Origin: Trichinella spiralis | Taxonomy: Eukaryota | Length of the DNA: 64,000 bases | Direction of reading: 5' to 3' | NCBI RefSeq assembly: GCF_000181795.1 | Contig: NW_003526941.1 | Location: 5,309,053-5,373,052 of the forward strand | Part shown: positions 57,501 to 64,000 of the stretch, in pieces | How the letters are laid out: each line of letters starts with the position of its first letter | Numbering within the stretch: the first letter of the stretch is position 1 | Program-made: the position numbers and the translations under genes | Notes under the pieces: model-generated | The model's input: only the letters and a program-made list of their open reading frames with translations | Told to the model about the DNA's origin: nothing | The model's database searches: none

Positions 57501-60500
57501 ATGATCGATAATAAAATGATTTCAAAGCCTTCGATGGTCACTGCCACTCAACAGTATGAGTAAGTATATGCTGTTTTATTATTATTATGTATTAATTTGA
57601 GCATATAATTGTATTATCATAAGGACACAAAAATATTCATGCAAGCTATACTGATATATATATATATATATGTATGTATGTGTATATGTGTGGCCATCAT
57701 TCTCTTCTAGCTAGAACAACTGCTGTTGTATGTATGTACAAAATTAGGCCGTGTTACACATTTTAAACTGGGGTTTTGTTTGTTTGTTTGTCTTTTTCTT
57801 CCACTCTTCTCTGGTCTGCAATATATGTGATAGGAGTGAATGAAAATTTGGACAGTAGGACAGTTTTCTCTTTTGTACTTATCACAAACTATTGTTCAAC
57901 GTAACCTGCTTTTTCTTTTACATTTCCAATTCAGCTTGGTGGCTCATAAGCACGAGCCTAATTTGAATTTGTGTTTTATTATTTTTTTCCTCTTTTGATT
58001 TGATAAAAATGTTGTGTTAGATTTTTTTTTCTTCTTATAACTTATATTATGTTCGTTCCTTGGCGAAGTATTTTTCGAAAGCTTGTTATGATCATTGCTG
58101 TTTCCGACTATTACTAGTAGTATTTATTGATTTTTGCCGTTCAACGTCTGGCGTTGGCACTGGTATTGGTGAACATCGTCGTCTGGTCACAGGCACAGAC
58201 TGATCTATCGATATATAGCAGCTACTCAAGTCGACAATTGTCGCAAAATATGGACTGACTGACTGACTGACTGAGTGAGTGAGTGAGTGAATGAATGGGA
58301 TGGGATGAATGAATGAATGAAGAAGGAACGAACGAATGAGAGAATAGCCAGAGTAGAGCAAGCAAGTTAGCCAGCTAACTTGCTGCTGCTATCTAACTTT
58401 GAACTGGTTGGTTGGTTGGTTGGTTGGTGCAGAAGATTGTGAGAATGTAGCGAGCGAAATTGTTGTTGACGCTTTTAACATACGTACAACTTAGATAAAC
58501 AACACTGACTGCTGCTGTCCAGCTAACTGTGAAATTGAATGTTTCTCTGGTGAAATAGATTTTGTCATTTCCTCTCATCAAATTGCTCCTTTCATAACAC
58601 ATGTATATATGTATAGATGTGCTGTTAAAATTCAAATTTTCCACTTTTTCCAACGTGAAAATAACACAGCAATATGTAAATATTTTCTTTCAATTTTAAT
58701 TTAAATCAAGCAATTTTGTATCTATTGCAATAGACTGTTTAAATGAAAAAAATATCATTTCAAAGACCAATATGTATTCATAATAATTGGCTGTGTTGTT
58801 GTTGTTGTTGTTGGATTGTTAATTTGCTAATTATAGATCGATTAGTTACAAAGAATACTATTTGTTATAATTTAATTTGAATTATCCATTTCATATTTTT
58901 CTTTTCTCCTTTATTAGAATGGTAAAGGAAATTGTATGTTTATGTGTGTTTATATAGGTAAAAAAATTGTGTATGTGTTGTGTTAGTTTAGTTGGTTGAT
59001 GGGTGGTTAGTTAGTTAGTTAGTCAGTCAGTCGTCAAGCATCGATACTGGCGTGTTGCGCAATTTCCGTGTTGCTGTGCAAACGCCTGTGACGTCGTCTG
59101 CTTTTGTTGTTTATACCGACGACAGTCAAGTCAGTGCAAATGTATTCATGTGAAATCTGTGAGCTTCAGATGACGTCTTGACAACGGCCGAATCATTTTC
59201 ATCAAATTTCATTTGAAATTTTATTTTAAATGTTATAAACCCATATATGTATATATATATGCGGATGTGGAGAACAGTTTTCAGAAGAAGAATTTGAATG
59301 GATTGACTTGTGAAAGTTGTTCGATCGAAATTCTGGAAGAGAAAAGCATTAGCTTTTTTATGGGGAAATTGCTGAATTTATGAGAGCAGTAGTAGAGAGA
59401 GTCGAGAAAAATGCACTATCGCGTTGCGTAAAGCGGAGGCGAAAAGAGGAAGAAAAAGAAGCACAGCCTGAAAATCAATGCTTTTGTCGTCGAGCTATTT
59501 TTCACGCCTTTGTCGCATGCACAGGTTATTTTCCCCAGATGATAGCTGTCTCTTGTTGTTTTTGGCCATCCGATCATACATCTCTGTTTGGCTTTTTCTT
59601 CACTTTAAGAGAATATCTATTTCAGTTGACTGAATTTTTTTTCTTTCACTTAACATTCAGGGAACAGTTTTCCTAGCTGTTATCAGTATTAGCATTAGCA
59701 TTACTTTTTTTCGTCGTTGTTGTTGTTTGCAATGCATTCAATCTATTCTCCTGTTGGATTTTTTTTTCTTTTTTGTAGTTGATCGACAGAACTTCCTTTT
59801 TTCTTTCATTTCCAGCTTCTACACTCTGACGACATTTCACCGACTTTTTAAATGGCTAGGCTAGAGAAAAACTTTCTCAATAACTTAATGAGAAGGAGGA
59901 GGATTGTGGAAAACTTTTTCTTTTTTTTCTTATCTCCAGAAAAAAATTTGTTGGAAAATTCGCGTTCATATGTAATTTCATTTCTAGCTCCACGCAACAG
60001 TACAGTGTGATGATGAATTTGAATAATTACGTGCGTTTGTTGCATTTTTAGCGAATTACTTTGGTCGAGAAATGGCTCGCCACACGGGTCTGCATATACT
60101 CCGTCATATTCAGGCATGCCACCAGCCTATGCGAACGGGACCACAATGCTGAATTACAATTCGAATCCTTTGTCCGCTGCAACTGCAAATGTGGCTGGGC
60201 CAGTTAGTGGGTACAGCGGCGATTCGACTGTTGTAAACGGTTCTAAAGCAGTTACTCAGCCAACGCCCAATGTCAATACCTGTTATCCGCCTCAGGATAT
60301 GGGTGCTGGTCCGGTACCAGGCCCGTTCAATTCTGCGGCCGCTTCCGTTTACGGGCCTGGCTCAACTGCTGCTGATTTTGGTCCACCAAGCGCGGCTGCA
60401 CCGCCGGTTGCTGCTGCTGTCGATCATAATCAATATGCTGCTGCTACCTACCAACATCAATCTGCTCCGCAGGTTAATAGAAGAAATTTTTTTTTGTTGT

Positions 60501-60712
60501 AAATTTCTCAGTTTTCACCTGTGCTTGTTGGGTATTTTCAGATTCCCGTTTACAACGGGCAGCAGTATCCGCCAGTGGGAAACGGCCCACCTCCGTCGTA
60601 TCCAATGCAAGGTCGTCTGATGCAGCAGAACGCTATGACTCGTTCGCAGGTATGTAATGTTGAATAAAATCTTTTTTGCCAAGAATTAATTTCAAAATAT
60701 GCATCATTTTTG

Positions 60713-60746
<34 letters not shown>

Positions 60747-63700
60747 GGTTCTAGATGCCGGTTAGCTACATGAACAGCGGTTCTCGCGTTCAGTCGTCCA
60801 ATATGACCGTTGGTCAAAGTCAATCGACATCGGCACTTCGTTATTCACTGCAGCAAACTCAACAATGCGTCACCAATAGCGGACGGCCACCTACGGCACT
60901 TCCAGTGATGACACCGACTATGCAAGCCCAACAACAGCAGCAACAACAACAGCAACAGCAGCAGCAACAACAACAACAACAACAACAACAGCAACAATCG
61001 CAGTCGTTATCAGCACAGCAGTCGCAACAGCAGTCCCAACTTCAACAGTATCCATCTAACATGCCATCCATTGGTCAAACAGGTGCCACGTTACATCATT
61101 CTCAGCAGACCGTTGTCGACCCTACTACGGGTGCTGTGACGCCGTATGGTACGGCCTCCCAACCGCCAATTGTCAATGGACCATACGCGAAATATCCGCC
61201 GAATATGCCGCCAAGAAACACGATCTATTATGGCAATCCAAGTTCGGCCAGTCAAGCCGCTGCTTTGCCAGGCAAAGCTGTATGCAATTACGTAAATCAG
61301 AATTTCAACCCACAAAGTACCATGACACCTGGTTATCCGGTGAGTTCATTTTGGTCGTTTTGTTTGTTTGTTTGTTATTTATTTAATTTGTTGCCTTCTT
61401 TTAGCACGTTCAAGCGGTACGCCAAACGCACCAAATGCCGATCGTGCCACCGAACATGGTTCCAAATCAGAGGCCAATCTATCCGACGGCAAATCAATAC
61501 CAAGTACCAACTCCTATTCCTGCACTTTATTCTGATGTCAAGCCTGTAATTTTACCAAGTGAGTTATAATATATATATATATATATATATTTGGGTGTGG
61601 GTGTTCATAAACTAGATGATTTTGGAAAAAATTAATTGTTGTTTGTTTCAGGCGACGACGCTGATCCAAGAATGGCGTTTCCGGTGAAAGATGGCGTGAT
61701 TTTGCAACCCTTTCGCCTGGAACACAACATTCCTGTTTCACAAATTTGTTTTTTCATTGCACCGGAGCAGTTTGGTTTGCTCTGCTCAGAGTAAGTCAGT
61801 TAACGAATATAGACAAATTCTTTTGAAAAAATAATAAATTGTCCAATTTCTGATGTTGTATTATTGAATGATGATATCTATTGTTGTTGATTTGTTTTTA
61901 GCCCAGATTTGGATATTCAATTGAAATGCTTTCACGCTGATGACCGGCTGATGTACAACAACTGGCCACACAATGCCAACGTGCAGATTGTTGTTAACAA
62001 TACTCCTGTTGTGGTTCGCCACATAGATCGTCCATTGTACGTCAAAACTCTTTGCCAACCCAACAAAAATACCTTGCAAATTGCCGTTCAGCAGTGCTGT
62101 TGTGTATGGGATTTTGTTTTTTATAAAATTTGCACTGTACAATCTTATTATATATGCATTGTTGTTGTTGTACTTTTTCAGTCGCATCTGTTCATGCTGA
62201 GTTTGACAAGCAGACCACCAGTTGAACGCGTGTTGAGCAACTTGGTTCGTCGCAAGCTACTATCGGTTGACAATGCCATTGACAAAAGTAAGCGATAATT
62301 ATTATTGTTAATGTCATTTATGTTGATTTTATTCTTAATATGTGTTTTGTTAATTTTCAGTTTGTATTTTTTTTTTTCCTTATTTGCATTTTATTTTATT
62401 TGTGTTTGTTTTTATGTAACACATCATACTTTTTTATGCTTTTGAACTTTGAAGTCAAGCTAATATTTATTTGTTGATAGATAAAATAGTTGTTTATTAT
62501 GCTTATAAGTTATATGGTTATATGGTGGAGAAGTTGTGACGGTTTAATTAATTTCAAAATTTGACTGAGCAGTACGGTGACGTAGTAGCGATGGGCAAAA
62601 AGCTTATCTCCATTTAATTAAATTCCATCTCCGCTTTTGGTTGTGTCCATTTTATTCATTATTATCAATAATTTATCTGTACACACCAATTTCTTGTTGT
62701 ACGTATTTGTAATTTGATTTTTTTTAAGTCAAACGGTCATTCCAATTGGCCGAGATGGGCGACGGTCAGGTTGCTGACATTGAACGGATGTCAACCACGA
62801 TCTCTTTGAAATGCCCAATCACTATGGGCAAGATAACGCTTCCGGCTCGATGTCAAGACTGCCGCCATATACAGGTGAATAAATTGAGGAGAATTATTTG
62901 TTGTTTAATTTTTAATTTTAATTGTTTTGTTTAGTGCTTTGATTTGAAAGCGTTTTTAATTCTTAACAAAGATCGTTTGCATTGGCAGTGTCCACTTTGC
63001 GGGTAAGTTTTTGCTTTTTAAAAAACCTTAGATGACTAACTAACTGTTTGTTCGTATTATATTAATGGATTTGAATATATGTTATTTATTATTGGTTTGT
63101 TTAGGCGTCCAGCAATTCTTGACAATTTAGAAATTGACCAATATGTTTGGGGTATTTTGACCAATTTGGTAAAGTTTCCTGAAGTGGGCGAAGTTTTTAT
63201 TGATTCAAATGCTTCGTGGAAAGCGCACGCTTCGATTGGCAGAGAGCAGCAGCAATCATGTAAATAACAACACTACGTTTTTTTGGATATTGCTACTAAC
63301 ATATAGCGTGCATAATAATAATAATAAGTTGTATTTGCAGAATGAAAATAATTTCTTTTCTCTAGTGTCTTTCTAGTCTTTTCTAATATTATTTTTTAAT
63401 TAGATTTAGTGGGATGCAATCCTCCGAAACGGGCGAAAACTTCTGAAGCAAACTGCAGTACGGACCCATCCGTATGCAACTGGAACGTGACTTCAGTCCG
63501 AAACTATGCATCAACGAGCAACAATAATAACCCTGTTGCCGCTACTGGTTTGCAAGTTCCTATTGAGCGGGTTCCGAATACCAGCATTTCTCAAATTATG
63601 GACATGAAAACGACAGTTCCACCGAATCATACTGTCAAGAAGCAGTCACAGCAACAACAGCAGCAACAACAACAGCAGCAGCAGCAATTACAACAACAAC

Positions 63701-64000
63701 AACAGTATCAATATTACGTAAGTTCAGTATTATTATTGTTTTGTCGTGAAATCCCAAGAAATTTACGTATTTAAATTTTTAGTTGAGTCCAGAGCAGCAA
63801 CAGCAAATGATGCATCAGCAGCAGCAGCAGCAAATGATGCAACAGCAGCAGCAGCAGCAACAAATGATGCAACAGCAACAGCAACAACAGCACCACCACC
63901 ACCAACAACAGCAACAACAACAACAAGCATTGATGAACAGTGTCGGTAGTGGTGGTAGTGCTGCTGGTGGTGGTCATCAGACAGGATCGATAGAGAATGG
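57501..64000 (+). CDS. ZMIZ1: ZMIZ1/tonalli-like protein, 5' part through SP-RING (copy/haplotype 2), continues past the window
   Basis: Putative first coding exon 57501-57559 (MIDNKMISKPSMVTATQQY, phase-2 gtaagt donor) is in frame with the exon starting at 60052 (ELLWSRNG...MPPAYANG). Pro/Gln-rich exons follow, then the same ZMIZ core and SP-RING exons as copy 1, without frameshifts. The start exon is tentative. Confidence 0.88.

Overview
AT-rich, intron-rich eukaryotic DNA from a draft scaffold with four N-gaps. Short GT-AG introns and a nematode-type TLF/TRF2 point to a nematode; a Trichinella-like clade I species is my inference, not shown. Spliced genes reconstructed by eye, in order: Fez-family zinc finger (-, runs off the left edge), a 186-aa secreted ML/NPC2/GM2AP-like protein (+), a 10-exon glutamate dehydrogenase (-), a TBP-like factor with an intronless CDS (+), Sec24A/B (+, 5' end lost at a gap next to a 30-bp minisatellite), phosducin-like protein 1 (-), a 213-aa secreted Cys/Arg-repeat protein (-), a ZMIZ1/tonalli SP-RING gene present as three overlapping near-identical pieces (probably uncollapsed haplotypes), and a plant-NIC2-like isochorismatase-family hydrolase with a 1-nt frameshift. 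The most interesting signals are the GDH, which has lost essentially all GTP- and ADP-regulatory residues, the furin-site (CGCRQRR)n secreted protein, and the plant-like nicotinamidase (possible horizontal transfer). I found no tRNA, rRNA, CRISPR array or autonomous transposon.
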